A DNA stretch of 64,000 bases from an uncultured virus (IMG/VR IMGVR_UViG_3300037488_001694) (IMGVR_UViG_3300037488_001694), one strand, 5' to 3'; positions 29,709-39,217 are shown, numbered from the stretch's first letter. Notes: generated by a model not told the origin, from the letters alone. Translations and numbers: made by a program.

Positions 29709-30473
29709 ATGAAAAAATTACCTATAATATCTGAAGGAGAAAAAAAACGAATACTTTCATTACATTCCGAAGTATTGAATGAGGATATTGCATTTTTAAA
29801 AAAATTAAAAGACGCATTTAACAACTTATTACCGGGTAGTAAAAAGGCAACCGATGACATTATAGACAAATTATCTTCACTATTAGGTAAAGATACTAAA
29901 TCTATTAAAGATGTTATCAGTAAGACACCAGAACTAAAAAGCAAAGTTTCAATAGGGAAAGTTTCTGAAAAAGGTCAGAAATTATTAGATAATCCCACCT
30001 TTGATGAGAAATTATCCGAAATATCAGACGCAATTGATATTGATGAAAACTCAATAATTAAATTAATGAAACATGAGTCAGGATTAGACCCAACAATTAA
30101 AAACAGTATTGGTTGTGTTGGTTTAATACAGTTTTGTCCTGGTGGAGGATCAACAAAAACAATTGACGGTAAATCATATTCATTAGAAGAGATAAGAAAT
30201 GATTTAGATCTTCAAATGGATGCAATAAAACAATTTTGGTTGACCGGATATCGTAATGGTAAAATTACAGAACCGGCAGATCTTTATATCTATAATTTCT
30301 TCCCTGTTGCTGCAGGAAAACCAGATGATTTTGTTTTAAAGGCAAAAGGTTTATCCGCAAGAAAAGTCGCAAGAGCCAACCCTGTTTTTAACAGAGTTTT
30401 GGGACGACCTAAAAGTACTCCATTAACCGTTGGTGATCTTAAGCGTTACTATAGAATAACAGGAATGATATGA
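29709..30473 (+). CDS. tagged lytic transglycosylase (lysozyme-like, SLT)
   Basis: MKHESGLDP..KN...VGLIQF catalytic pattern. Confidence 0.8.
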   Translation: MKKLPIISEGEKKRILSLHSEVLNEDIAFLKKLKDAFNNLLPGSKKATDDIIDKLSSLLGKDTKSIKDVISKTPELKSKVSIGKVSEKGQKLLDNPTFDEKLSEISDAIDIDENSIIKLMKHESGLDPTIKNSIGCVGLIQFCPGGGSTKTIDGKSYSLEEIRNDLDLQMDAIKQFWLTGYRNGKITEPADLYIYNFFPVAAGKPDDFVLKAKGLSARKVARANPVFNRVLGRPKSTPLTVGDLKRYYRITGMI

Positions 30474-30811
30474 CAATGAAAAAAGTAATAACATTAACAA
30501 CAGAAGATTTAAAAAACATCATAAATAAAGTTATTAATGAATCTATGTACGCAAGAAGAAGAGGTAAAAGCATTGAATCTTATCTTGAAGATGCGTTAGA
30601 AGCCATAGATCCGTTAGATTATGAAGATGAGTTTGAATATATTGATGAGGTAGTTGCGGCAATAACAGATGATTTGTTAAGTGAAGATGAAAATATTGAG
30701 TTTGATTCTCAAGAATTTCACGAAATGTTTGATGAGATAAGTTTTTTTATACGAAAAAAATTATACTCAAAAATACAGGATCATTACGATAACGTAAGAA
30801 CAGATTATTAA
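30470..30811 (+). CDS. tagged acidic paralog
   Basis: KKVITLTTEDL...VINE tag plus ARRR. Confidence 0.85.
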   Translation: MTMKKVITLTTEDLKNIINKVINESMYARRRGKSIESYLEDALEAIDPLDYEDEFEYIDEVVAAITDDLLSEDENIEFDSQEFHEMFDEISFFIRKKLYSKIQDHYDNVRTDY

Positions 30812-30850
30812 AAATTATTTAGTTTTTTACAATTTTATTTAATATTAATT

Positions 30851-31033
30851 ATGGACGATAATCAAAAAGCAAGAGTGTACGATCAGTTGATGTACGAAAA
30901 CGACAAAATCAGTAATCAAATAGCATCTATCAGAGGTGAGAGTTTAGATATGAACGAAGACCAACAACGAAGAATCTATAACTTACAAGCCAGACAACAA
31001 CAAATAATGTCTGAGGCATCAAAATTATATTGA
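30851..31033 (+). CDS. small coiled-coil protein
   Basis: 60-aa ORF followed by a terminator. Confidence 0.75.
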   Translation: MDDNQKARVYDQLMYENDKISNQIASIRGESLDMNEDQQRRIYNLQARQQQIMSEASKLY

Positions 31034-31084
31034 TGACACCCCTTCTTAACGGAGGGGTTTTTTATTTTCCCTATATTTATATGT

Positions 31085-31366
31085 ATGAAATTAGGATACC
31101 TATGTGATATTAGAACAAATTTCCCTGACGCGGATTTTTGGTTAGTAAGAAAAGGAAGTGAAAGTGAAGTTGGTAGGCCGACTAAAGAATTCTCACCTGA
31201 GAATATTGGGATAAAAGTAATTGAGACGGACATATTGTACCCTCAATATTTATATTATGCATTAATGAACTTACATAATCAAGGTAAGTTTGAGGAACTT
31301 TCACACGGGACTTTACGACTTAAAAACATAAAAGTAGACGATATAAAAAATATAAAATTTGGATAA
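31085..31366 (+). CDS. small protein resembling a partial type I RM specificity (HsdS TRD-like) domain
   Basis: MKLGYLCDI...RKGS...VG...L.P.YLYY.L...GT...NI...DIKNI pattern. Confidence 0.6.
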   Translation: MKLGYLCDIRTNFPDADFWLVRKGSESEVGRPTKEFSPENIGIKVIETDILYPQYLYYALMNLHNQGKFEELSHGTLRLKNIKVDDIKNIKFG

Positions 31367-31367
31367 T

Positions 31368-31769
31368 ATGAAAACTATTATTATTACTGAAGAACAATTA
31401 CAGGTAATTGTTGAAAGTGAAAAAATGAAAAAGTTTAAACACGATAAAAATAAAACGGCAAAAAGACAAGCCGATTTGGATATTGCAAAACATTTTAAAA
31501 AACCTGGTGATCCATGGGGAACGGACCAACCATCTGAAAAATGGCCAAGACATACAGTATCATATGATACAAAATTTGATTTTGATGAATTAAATGAAAT
31601 ATATGATTCTGAAAAAATGTATGCCAAATCATATATTGAGGATCGTTTAAAGAAAGCTCCAAGATACATTAAAAAGTATATAAAAGAATTAGATGAATTT
31701 GAAAAGGACGGTAAGATATTTGTAAAGATACCTCAAGTTCTTTATCAATATTTATTTGGTGGATTTTAA
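31368..31769 (+). CDS. tagged hypothetical protein
   Basis: Start reassigned to MKTIIITEEQLQVIVE. Confidence 0.85.
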   Translation: MKTIIITEEQLQVIVESEKMKKFKHDKNKTAKRQADLDIAKHFKKPGDPWGTDQPSEKWPRHTVSYDTKFDFDELNEIYDSEKMYAKSYIEDRLKKAPRYIKKYIKELDEFEKDGKIFVKIPQVLYQYLFGGF

Positions 31770-31791
31770 TAAAAGTAGATATTTATAAAAT

Positions 31792-32262
31792 ATGAAAAAA
31801 GTATTATTTGAAATAAGTGGTGAAGAAAGAAATAGAATTCTTGAAATGCACCAAACCGCAACAAGTAAACAATATTTAACGGAAGATATTGGTGACGATG
31901 AAAAAATGTTGGCATTAGAAATTGTAATATTAATTGATACAATAACAAAAAGAGAGGATTTTGATTTTGAAAAATTACAAGGTGAAAATAGAGAAATGTT
32001 TATTGAATTAGGTTTATTACAACGTGATATTGTAACGAAAGCATTACCTAAATATCGTATGGCAAATAGTTCTGAAACATGGAAAGTTTTAATGGATATT
32101 TTAAGAAAAAAATCAAATGTGACACCTAATAAATCATCAGAACAATTATTTGAATTAATTGATGAATTAGTAGAGTTGATTGAGTCCTATTTTCCAAATG
32201 AAACAATGAAGGATATTGAGAAAAAATTAATAAACTTTAATGACGAACTAAATAAATTATAA
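31792..32262 (+). CDS. tagged hypothetical protein
   Basis: ISGEERNRILEMH...YLTE tag. Confidence 0.85.
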   Translation: MKKVLFEISGEERNRILEMHQTATSKQYLTEDIGDDEKMLALEIVILIDTITKREDFDFEKLQGENREMFIELGLLQRDIVTKALPKYRMANSSETWKVLMDILRKKSNVTPNKSSEQLFELIDELVELIESYFPNETMKDIEKKLINFNDELNKL

Positions 32263-32263
32263 T

Positions 32264-32557
32264 ATGAAAAAGAAAATAAGATTAACATAATCTGAATTAA
32301 CTCAATTAATTCAAAGAATAGTAAAAGAAGGAAGTGATGATTTTGTCACAGGAATTGCAAGATCAAGAAAATCTGAATTGGTTGATGATGTTATAAGTAG
32401 ATTATCAGAATTTGGAGATGAATATGCCGATAGATTAATGGAACTTAATGACCAATTTGAGGTTACCAAAATGAAAAGAATTGACAGACCTAGATCAATG
32501 GATGATATTGAAATACCTAAAGGAGTTAGAATACGAAGTACTTCGTTTGGAGATTAA
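32264..32557 (+). pseudogene. tagged gene with in-frame TAA at codon 9
   Basis: MKKKIRLT*SELTQLIQRIVKE...; TAA (32288-32290) replaces the conserved GAA; the frame stays open to 32557. Confidence 0.85.
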
Positions 32558-32559
32558 TA

Positions 32560-32590
32560 AAAAAACCCCACCTGAAAAGATGGGGTTTTT
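32560..32590. terminator. bidirectional intrinsic terminator
   Basis: A-run, cccca...tgggg stem and T-run between convergent genes. Confidence 0.8.
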
Positions 32591-32609
32591 AGTTTCCATT
32601 AATCTTTTA

Positions 32610-33035
32610 TTATGAAATTGAGATTACCTCAAGATCAAAGATTAATTTTTGACCGGCTAATGGGTGGTTAGCATCTAAAACAACAACATCTTCTTTAATA
32701 TCAAGAACCTTAACATTGATTGGTCCTGCAGGACTCATTGCTTGTAACATATCTCCAACATTTACTCCTTCAGGTACTTGAGCTTTTGCAACCTCATTAA
32801 CCATTTGTGGATTAACTTGACCATATGCATTTTCTGGTTCAATTTCAATTGTTTTCTTTTCACCAACTGTCATATCAACTAATCCGTTTTCAAATCCAGG
32901 GATTAGATTACCTTGACCTAAGATTGCAGTTAAAGGTTCTCTACCCTCAACCAAAGAAGAATCAAATACGGTTCCGTCTTCCAATCTTCCTGTGTAGTGT
33001 ACTGATACAGTACTGTTACTTGTAACTTTTTCCAT
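32610..33035 (-). CDS. slyD: FKBP-type peptidyl-prolyl isomerase (SlyD/FkpB-like)
   Basis: VHYTGRLEDGTVFDSS, LIPGFE, AYG, DANHPLAG. Confidence 0.93.
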   Translation of the reverse strand: MEKVTSNSTVSVHYTGRLEDGTVFDSSLVEGREPLTAILGQGNLIPGFENGLVDMTVGEKKTIEIEPENAYGQVNPQMVNEVAKAQVPEGVNVGDMLQAMSPAGPINVKVLDIKEDVVVLDANHPLAGQKLIFDLEVISIS

Positions 33036-33156
33036 AAAATATATTTTTTATTAAAAATTACGAGTTTTGTTTGGTATTGTCAATATATGGTGTAATATTT
33101 TTTTAGTTTGTTGACTATTTATATACAAACAAATAATTATTATTAAAATAATAGAT

Positions 33157-34128
33157 ATGAATTTAAAAAGAATTTTAATAGATGAGTCCGAAAAAAATAG
33201 GATCCTTGAAATGCATTCAGGTAATAAATCCTTAATAACTGAGGCTACTGCTGCTGATTTTCCTGAATGTGTTAGATATGCCGGAAAAATAACAACCGTA
33301 CCACAAGAAGTTATTACGGCTTTAGGTTCATCATATCAATCCGCACAACTTGAAGCCGTTGTGGTTGTTGATCCAAGTACAAAATATACTTATTATTGGT
33401 TGGCAAAACCTAAAGTAGTTGTTGGTTTACCAACAGATTCAAAAGACACAACAAGGAAACCCTATATTAAATCGTATCACTGTGGTTGTAAAAACGGAAC
33501 TTTAAAACCAATAACACGAACATATGACGGTAAAACTATGGATGACGAGTTTAAAACAAATTGTGTTTCAGATAAAATAAAAGTACCTGAAAATGAAATT
33601 TGTAAACTTCCTGGAGATAAAGTTTGGGTTTATTCTAAAAAGGGAGATATATGGTATGCAAGTAAAGATGGGGGAAAAACATGGATAAAACTTGATCCAG
33701 TTAAATTCAAATCGGCAATAGATCTACTAAATAGTAAGGCAGTTTGCGGTGGAACAATACCTGGTGGGGAACAAAATGAGGCTTGTAAAACAAAATGTGC
33801 CGCAATTCCTTTACAACCGGGTCAAGTTGGACCACAAGTACAAGGATGGTTCTTTAGTCGAGATCGTGTATGTTATGAAGCAACAGGAACTGGAGGTTTT
33901 GCATCAAAAGAAGAATGTGAAGCTTGTAAGTGTGGATCCCAAAATAACCCAAATCAGGGTGGAACTCTTCCGGGTGAGGGAGGTCAAAAACCTGGCGATG
34001 GAGGAACTCTTCCGGGTGAGGGAGGTCAAAAACCTGGCGATGGAGGAACTCTTCCGGGTGAGGGAGGTCAAAAACTACCTGATTTCATTCCGCCAACAAT
34101 TGATAAACCATCTAAACCATTAGATTAA
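33157..34128 (+). CDS. tagged Cys-rich protein with C-terminal Gly/Pro repeats
   Basis: IDESEKNRILEMH...LITE tag; Kunitz-like C...GWFF...C...GGF.SKEEC..C segment. Confidence 0.8.
   Translation: MNLKRILIDESEKNRILEMHSGNKSLITEATAADFPECVRYAGKITTVPQEVITALGSSYQSAQLEAVVVVDPSTKYTYYWLAKPKVVVGLPTDSKDTTRKPYIKSYHCGCKNGTLKPITRTYDGKTMDDEFKTNCVSDKIKVPENEICKLPGDKVWVYSKKGDIWYASKDGGKTWIKLDPVKFKSAIDLLNSKAVCGGTIPGGEQNEACKTKCAAIPLQPGQVGPQVQGWFFSRDRVCYEATGTGGFASKEECEACKCGSQNNPNQGGTLPGEGGQKPGDGGTLPGEGGQKPGDGGTLPGEGGQKLPDFIPPTIDKPSKPLD
33958..34075 (+). repeat. 42-bp coding tandem repeat (GGTLPGEGGQKPGD) x ~2.8
   Basis: ggaactcttccgggtgagggaggtcaaaaac at 33961, 34003 and 34045. Confidence 0.95.
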
Positions 34129-34145
34129 TAAAAAAATTAGATATT

Positions 34146-34940
34146 ATGAAACATATATTGAAACAAAGAATGATTATTAATGAATCCGAAAGATCAAGAA
34201 TATTAGGTCTTCACGATACTTTCCGTAATAAAGTTGGTGGGTTTTTACATGAACAAAATATGGATGAAGCCACTAAATTTTTTATGGATCAAAAGACAAA
34301 ATTTAATAAATTTCCAGATGGAAAAGTTGTCCCTTACGGAAATACATTTGGTTATGAGGTAGTTAATGCGGATGGTACTAAATTCATGTTATTACCAAAT
34401 GGAACTAGTGTTGTTGACAATGGTACGGGTTATAAAGAAAGTGTGGGTTATTCTTGGACTAAAACCCCATATGTTGCATCTGTAAACACAAATACAGATG
34501 TTGCCGGATCAACAACTGCAGGAGCAACAACTGCGGGGACAACAGTAACCGACCCAACTAAACCGGCATCCAAAAAAGAAATTAGACAGGGATATAGACA
34601 AAGAAGGGCAGATGCCGCAACCTTGAAAAAGGAACGAGAGGATCAACTTAATTTGATGAACAATGAGATAAAGATATTTAACGATGAAATCAAAAAATAT
34701 AAAGATGTTTTATCAAACGCAAGATTAACAACTAAAATGACTCCGGAACAAAAAAAGGGTTATGAAACCGCAATACAAACCAACACAGTTAAAATACAAA
34801 ATAAACAGGTGGAAATAAACAAATTAAAGGCAACTCCTTTAGGTGGAGAAACCGCAACAACTTCTACTGCAACAGTTAACCCCCAAACCCCAAAATCCCG
34901 TGAAGATCAAACTGCAATTGATGCAGGTAGAGGATTATAA
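34146..34940 (+). CDS. tagged protein with coiled coil
   Basis: INESERSRILGLH...LHE tag. Confidence 0.85.
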   Translation: MKHILKQRMIINESERSRILGLHDTFRNKVGGFLHEQNMDEATKFFMDQKTKFNKFPDGKVVPYGNTFGYEVVNADGTKFMLLPNGTSVVDNGTGYKESVGYSWTKTPYVASVNTNTDVAGSTTAGATTAGTTVTDPTKPASKKEIRQGYRQRRADAATLKKEREDQLNLMNNEIKIFNDEIKKYKDVLSNARLTTKMTPEQKKGYETAIQTNTVKIQNKQVEINKLKATPLGGETATTSTATVNPQTPKSREDQTAIDAGRGL

Positions 34941-34944
34941 TATT

Positions 34945-35448
34945 ATGAAAATAATAATAACAGAATCACAATATAAATTTTTGGTGGAAAGCCAAGAAGT
35001 TGTTGATCGTATTTTAGATAAAATAAGTGAAGTAGGGTACGAATCATTAAGTATTGACGAAAAAAAATACTTAAATCAATTTTCAAAACACGAAGGAGAT
35101 CCCGATGAATTTGTGGATCCCGCCGAAAGATATGATGAAAGAAGAGGTGAAAAGTTCACATCTAACTTTAGAGGTATACCTAACATAACATTCACATTTG
35201 ATGATGAGGAAGTTGAGGGTAATCAATCTATTTTACATGGTACAATAGAGTTTGGAGAAAAAGTTTATTGGGGTATTCTTATCGTTAATAAGTTAGGTCA
35301 TTTAATTGATTTAGATTTCGTTGATTCAGAATACGATATGTCCACATCTGATGAGAATGTGGATAGATTCCAAGATCATATTGAGGGAATGGAACATGAA
35401 GTTAAGATGTTCTTTGAAGACGATGTAATACCTAATTTACTTGGGTAA
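34945..35448 (+). CDS. tagged acidic protein
   Basis: Start reassigned to MKIIITESQYKFLVE; VDRILDKI motif. Confidence 0.85.
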   Translation: MKIIITESQYKFLVESQEVVDRILDKISEVGYESLSIDEKKYLNQFSKHEGDPDEFVDPAERYDERRGEKFTSNFRGIPNITFTFDDEEVEGNQSILHGTIEFGEKVYWGILIVNKLGHLIDLDFVDSEYDMSTSDENVDRFQDHIEGMEHEVKMFFEDDVIPNLLG

Positions 35449-35481
35449 TTTGTTTTTTTATATTTTTTTACTATCTTTGTA

Positions 35482-35685
35482 ATGAAAAAATTCATTGTAT
35501 ATTTACTAACTTGGATTTCGGCAAATTTATCAATGCCGTTTTGGATTGTAGGTCATATACATTTAACTATGAATGTATATGAAGACATACATGAAATAAT
35601 AATGTCCTTAGGTATGAATATAATTGTTGCTATTGGATTTTGGATTGAGTGGAAAAGATATAAAAAAGAAAATGAAAACTTATAA
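35482..35685 (+). CDS. small two-TM membrane protein
   Basis: Hydrophobic; TATCTTTG at 35472-35479. Confidence 0.8.
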   Translation: MKKFIVYLLTWISANLSMPFWIVGHIHLTMNVYEDIHEIIMSLGMNIIVAIGFWIEWKRYKKENENL

Positions 35686-36253
35686 ACAATTACCTATTCC
35701 TGAAGATACCGCTTGGGAAAGATCAACATTATTTGGAAAATTACACTGGAGAATTAGAAATTTTCTAACCAGTTGCCATAACCTCATCAAGTGGTTTCCT
35801 ATTATTTGGAACGATAGAGATTGGGATGGTCACTTTATTTTAATAATCTTACAAAAAAAAATTGAGTTCCAAAGAAAAGAACTTGTTAATGCGAACCGAC
35901 ACACAAGAATTGAATCGGACAATCGTGATATGACTTTGGCTTTAAACTTACTTGAAAGAGTAAAAGAAGAATATTACAATTTGGAATGTATGGATTATTG
36001 GGATAATGATATAACATTCAACGATGTTCCTGATAATTCTGAACTTAAATCAATTGATTTTGAAGAAAAGTGGGAAAACTACGATGAGTTTTTAACAAAA
36101 TACCCATCTTCAGTTCGTGGTGTGATTAAAGAACATGGAGAACAAGATGATAAAAAACGTTTATGTTTGTTGGTTTCCTATTATAACCATAAGAAAGCAA
36201 ATAAACTTCTTTTCAGAATTTTAGAGGAAAAAGTTTCTTATTGGTGGGATTAA
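35672..36253 (+). CDS. hypothetical phage protein (WFPIIWNDRDWD...WWD)
   Basis: Start reassigned to MKTYKQL. Confidence 0.85.
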   Translation: MKTYKQLPIPEDTAWERSTLFGKLHWRIRNFLTSCHNLIKWFPIIWNDRDWDGHFILIILQKKIEFQRKELVNANRHTRIESDNRDMTLALNLLERVKEEYYNLECMDYWDNDITFNDVPDNSELKSIDFEEKWENYDEFLTKYPSSVRGVIKEHGEQDDKKRLCLLVSYYNHKKANKLLFRILEEKVSYWWD

Positions 36254-36265
36254 GTCCCACCTTTT

Positions 36266-36541
36266 TTATTTAACGTCAACAGAAGGTAAGACCATAAGAG
36301 GGTTGCCTTTTCCAATAACTTTCCACCCCAAATTCACCAACATATGTACTCCATCAGGATATAATAACATCCCATCCTCAATATTAGTCAAATATAATTT
36401 TGCGTGTACCAAATAACTCTTTTTACTACGTATATAATCCAATAGATCTATAGAAATATAACTTCCCTCCCCATACATGAGAGTTAGTTGACCTTTTAAT
36501 GAATGATTTATTACTTTCTGTAGTAATTGTCGTTTTTTCAT
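36266..36541 (-). CDS. hypothetical protein
   Basis: 91-aa ORF. Confidence 0.75.
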   Translation of the reverse strand: MKKRQLLQKVINHSLKGQLTLMYGEGSYISIDLLDYIRSKKSYLVHAKLYLTNIEDGMLLYPDGVHMLVNLGWKVIGKGNPLMVLPSVDVK

Positions 36542-36615
36542 ATGAACTAATGATAGTAAATATGATATTTATTGTGTAGAGGTGGGACCACCATAAATTA
36601 CATAATAAATTAAAT

Positions 36616-37452
36616 ATGTTATTAAAGAATGGATCCAAAGGAGAGGATGTAAAAAAACTCCAAGAAAAATTAGGTGTGGAAGCAATTGGTACATTTGGAC
36701 CAAAAACTGAAGCGGCAGTTAAGGCATGGCAAAAAGCAAACGGTTTAAAGGACGATGGTGTTGTTGGAGACGCTACTTGGTCTAAATTATTTGGTGAAAC
36801 AGCACCAGAAGCGACTGTTATTAAAGAAGATGTTGTTATTCCATCAGGAGGACCTTTAAATATCGAAAAATTAAAGGGACATATACCTGATGTTGTGTTA
36901 GCACAGATACCTGAGACCGCAAAAAAGTTTAATATTACAAATAACTTACGTTTAGCTCACTTTTTAGCTCAATGTGGTCACGAATCAGGTGGTTTTAAGG
37001 CTGTTTCAGAGAATTTAAACTATTCTGCGGACGGTTTGAAGAAAATCTTTGGTAAATACTTTCCAGGGAACCTAAATGAGTCGTACGCACGTCAACCTGA
37101 AAAGATTGCATCTCGTGTTTACGCAAGTAGAATGGGTAATGGTGATGAAACTACTAAAGAAGGGTTCAAATTTAGAGGTAGAGGGTATATTCAGTTAACT
37201 GGTAAGTCAAATTACACTAATTTTACTAAATTTATTGGTGAAGATTGTGTTTCTAACCCTGATTTGGTTGCAACTAAGTATCCATTGGCTTCTGCGGGGT
37301 TCTTTTTCGACTCTAACAAGTTATGGAGTATCTGTGACAAAGGTTCGGACGATGCAACGGTTACTGCGGTGACAAAAAGAGTAAATGGAGGTACAATTGG
37401 ACTTGCAGATCGTATAAAACACTTCAAAGAGTACTATAATTTACTTAAATAA
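36616..37452 (+). CDS. endolysin: peptidoglycan-binding domain plus glycoside hydrolase family 19
   Basis: LKNGSKGEDVKKLQ...DGVVG..TW; AHFLAQCGHESG, ENLNYS, FRGRGYIQLTG, TKRVNGG. Confidence 0.93.
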   Translation: MLLKNGSKGEDVKKLQEKLGVEAIGTFGPKTEAAVKAWQKANGLKDDGVVGDATWSKLFGETAPEATVIKEDVVIPSGGPLNIEKLKGHIPDVVLAQIPETAKKFNITNNLRLAHFLAQCGHESGGFKAVSENLNYSADGLKKIFGKYFPGNLNESYARQPEKIASRVYASRMGNGDETTKEGFKFRGRGYIQLTGKSNYTNFTKFIGEDCVSNPDLVATKYPLASAGFFFDSNKLWSICDKGSDDATVTAVTKRVNGGTIGLADRIKHFKEYYNLLK

Positions 37453-37499
37453 TTGATTTTTTAAGTAAAACACTTATTTTTTAGTAAAAAACAACAATT

Positions 37500-37727
37500 A
37501 TGATGTTAACAATCTTATATATAGTAATGATATCAATACTTTTGGTATTTTTAGTAGCTGGTTTCTTAATTTGGAGGAAATTTAACCCAATTATACGTAA
37601 AATGATGGAAAATTTGGAAAAAATGGGTAAAACAACCCCAAAAACCACAATTTACAACAATAATTACGAAATGAGACGACAAATTAAGGAAATTCAGGAC
37701 TATATTAAGTCTAAAACTAAGAAATAA
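37500..37727 (+). CDS. small single-TM protein
   Basis: N-terminal hydrophobic helix and basic tail; directly after the endolysin. Confidence 0.7.
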   Translation: MMLTILYIVMISILLVFLVAGFLIWRKFNPIIRKMMENLEKMGKTTPKTTIYNNNYEMRRQIKEIQDYIKSKTKK

Positions 37728-37761
37728 CACTTAAAAGTGGTGAAAAACACTTAATTTTAAC

Positions 37762-37799
37762 AAAAAACCCCCATTTTTACTTAAATTTGGGGGTTTTTT
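37762..37799. terminator. bidirectional intrinsic terminator
   Basis: aaaaaaccccca...tgggggtttttt between convergent genes. Confidence 0.8.
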
Positions 37800-37812
37800 A
37801 ATGATTTTAAGG

Positions 37813-37899
37813 TAAAATATGTCTAAAATTGACATAAAATAGGTATAAAATGTCACAAAATAAGGGTAAAATACCCCTAAAATTGACCTAAAATAAGGG
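37813..37899. repeat. eight phased (T/C)AAAAT-N5 units, period 11 bp
   Basis: Units start at 37813, 37824, 37835, 37846, 37856, 37867, 37878 and 37889. Confidence 0.9.
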
Positions 37900-38046
37900 T
37901 TATTTCTTCTTTTTATACTTGATTTCTACCTCAAATGGACCTGTATTTGTCTTAGAAGTATCAAATTTCCATACAATTGTACAGTCATCATAGTCGTAAG
38001 ATCTCTCATATTTTCTTACTTCAAGGGGTTTTTTCTTTTCTGCCAT
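37900..38046 (-). CDS. small hypothetical protein (48 aa), not in ORF track
   Basis: MAEKKKPLEVRKYERSYDYDDCTIVWKFD...; TATATTTG 3 nt before the ATG. Confidence 0.7.
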   Translation of the reverse strand: MAEKKKPLEVRKYERSYDYDDCTIVWKFDTSKTNTGPFEVEIKYKKKK

Positions 38047-38081
38047 ATACAAATATACAAATAAAAACTCAATCTACCAAA

Positions 38082-38378
38082 TTATCCTTTATTTTCATCA
38101 GAATTATTGTCAATTTTCTTCTCTTTTTGTATTTGATGTATAATATAACCAGAAACACCGAATTCAATTGCCGCCCACATGGATATATCAACCATAGTTA
38201 GATCAGGATACTTTTTTAACATATAAAATACCATCCCCCATTGGGCTATTATGAAAGCAATACCGGATTCAATCCTTTTTTTAGAAAAATATGATGGTTT
38301 ACTTGAATAGATCCGTATAATTTCAGTAATACCTTTTTTAATATTACTCCACCCGAAAAAGTATTTCTTATCACTCAT
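38082..38378 (-). CDS. two-TM membrane protein (holin-like candidate)
   Basis: SKKRIE followed by two hydrophobic segments and a charged tail; late motif upstream; near the endolysin. Confidence 0.7.
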   Translation of the reverse strand: MSDKKYFFGWSNIKKGITEIIRIYSSKPSYFSKKRIESGIAFIIAQWGMVFYMLKKYPDLTMVDISMWAAIEFGVSGYIIHQIQKEKKIDNNSDENKG

Positions 38379-38415
38379 AACTATAAATATTTACTTTTTT
38401 GGTTTAATAATTAAC

Positions 38416-38547
38416 TTATCTACCTTGACCTCTATATGATTTTGGTTTTTGAGCCTTTGGACCATACTTTCTTTTAAGTTTACCAACTCTTTTCTTACCA
38501 AAACTTTGTTTGGTTGATCCATTAGATGAAGTTTTTGTTTTAGCCAT
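38416..38547 (-). CDS. small very basic protein ending YRGQGR (43 aa), not in ORF track
   Basis: MAKTKTSSNGSTKQSFGKKRVGKLKRKYGPKAQKPKSYRGQGR. Confidence 0.75.
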   Translation of the reverse strand: MAKTKTSSNGSTKQSFGKKRVGKLKRKYGPKAQKPKSYRGQGR

Positions 38548-38674
38548 TTTAATTAAGTTTTATTTGTTTATTTTGATCAATTATAAATATAACTTAATGG
38601 AATAAAAAAAGGGACAGTAGCGAATTGTCCCTTTTACACATTACCGAAACCAGTAACGGTCCTAATTAAAACTC

Positions 38675-39217
38675 TTATTGTCCTTTAACAAGGTTTACAC
38701 ATTGTTTAAGGTATTCTTTTGCTCTTGGGGATGGTGTATACTCATCATCCTTAGTTTGTAGGTTTAAAATCTTCTCAATGTCTTTAACTAATTCAGTACC
38801 GTGTTCACTTTCTTTGTAAAGTTCCGCAATTTTATCCATTGCTTTGTGACACTCACCTGTAGTTTCGTCATAATAATTTTTATTTCTGAATTTGTTCAAG
38901 TGGTTCATCATATCGTAAGCCAAATGAGCCCCACCATCTTTGATGTCTTTAAATAATCTAACATTATTTAAAATACCTAAACTATCCACTAATGAATTAA
39001 CTCCGTTTAATCTTTTAACAACTCCATTTGAATATTTACCATAATCATTGGCTTGTCCTACGATCTCATCTAAATTAATGACATTATCAGGAATACATCT
39101 TGGTTTTACTGCGTCTTTCTTACCAGATTTTGGTTTTTGGGTTGCCATATCTTCCTCCATAAGAACGTTATGGATTATTTTCTTAAGATCACTTTCTTTT
39201 AATCTAATCTTTTTCAT
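38675..39217 (-). CDS. tagged hypothetical protein
   Basis: MKKIRLKESDLKKIIHNVLMEE tag. Confidence 0.88.
   Translation of the reverse strand: MKKIRLKESDLKKIIHNVLMEEDMATQKPKSGKKDAVKPRCIPDNVINLDEIVGQANDYGKYSNGVVKRLNGVNSLVDSLGILNNVRLFKDIKDGGAHLAYDMMNHLNKFRNKNYYDETTGECHKAMDKIAELYKESEHGTELVKDIEKILNLQTKDDEYTPSPRAKEYLKQCVNLVKGQ

Noticed and set aside
6826..31033. Integron or diversity-generating retroelement explaining the cassette array
   Set aside because: No integrase, attC-like sites, reverse transcriptase or TR/VR pair with adenine-specific differences seen.
32288..32290. Programmed TAA readthrough or recoding
   Set aside because: Single case, and TAA is the dominant stop; a point mutation or sequencing error is simpler.
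33958..34075. CRISPR-like or regulatory repeat
   Set aside because: In-frame 42-bp coding tandem repeat without unique spacers.
37813..37899. CRISPR array
   Set aside because: 6-bp repeats with 4-5-bp spacers are far too short; no cas genes and no 25-45-bp repeat-spacer array anywhere in the window.
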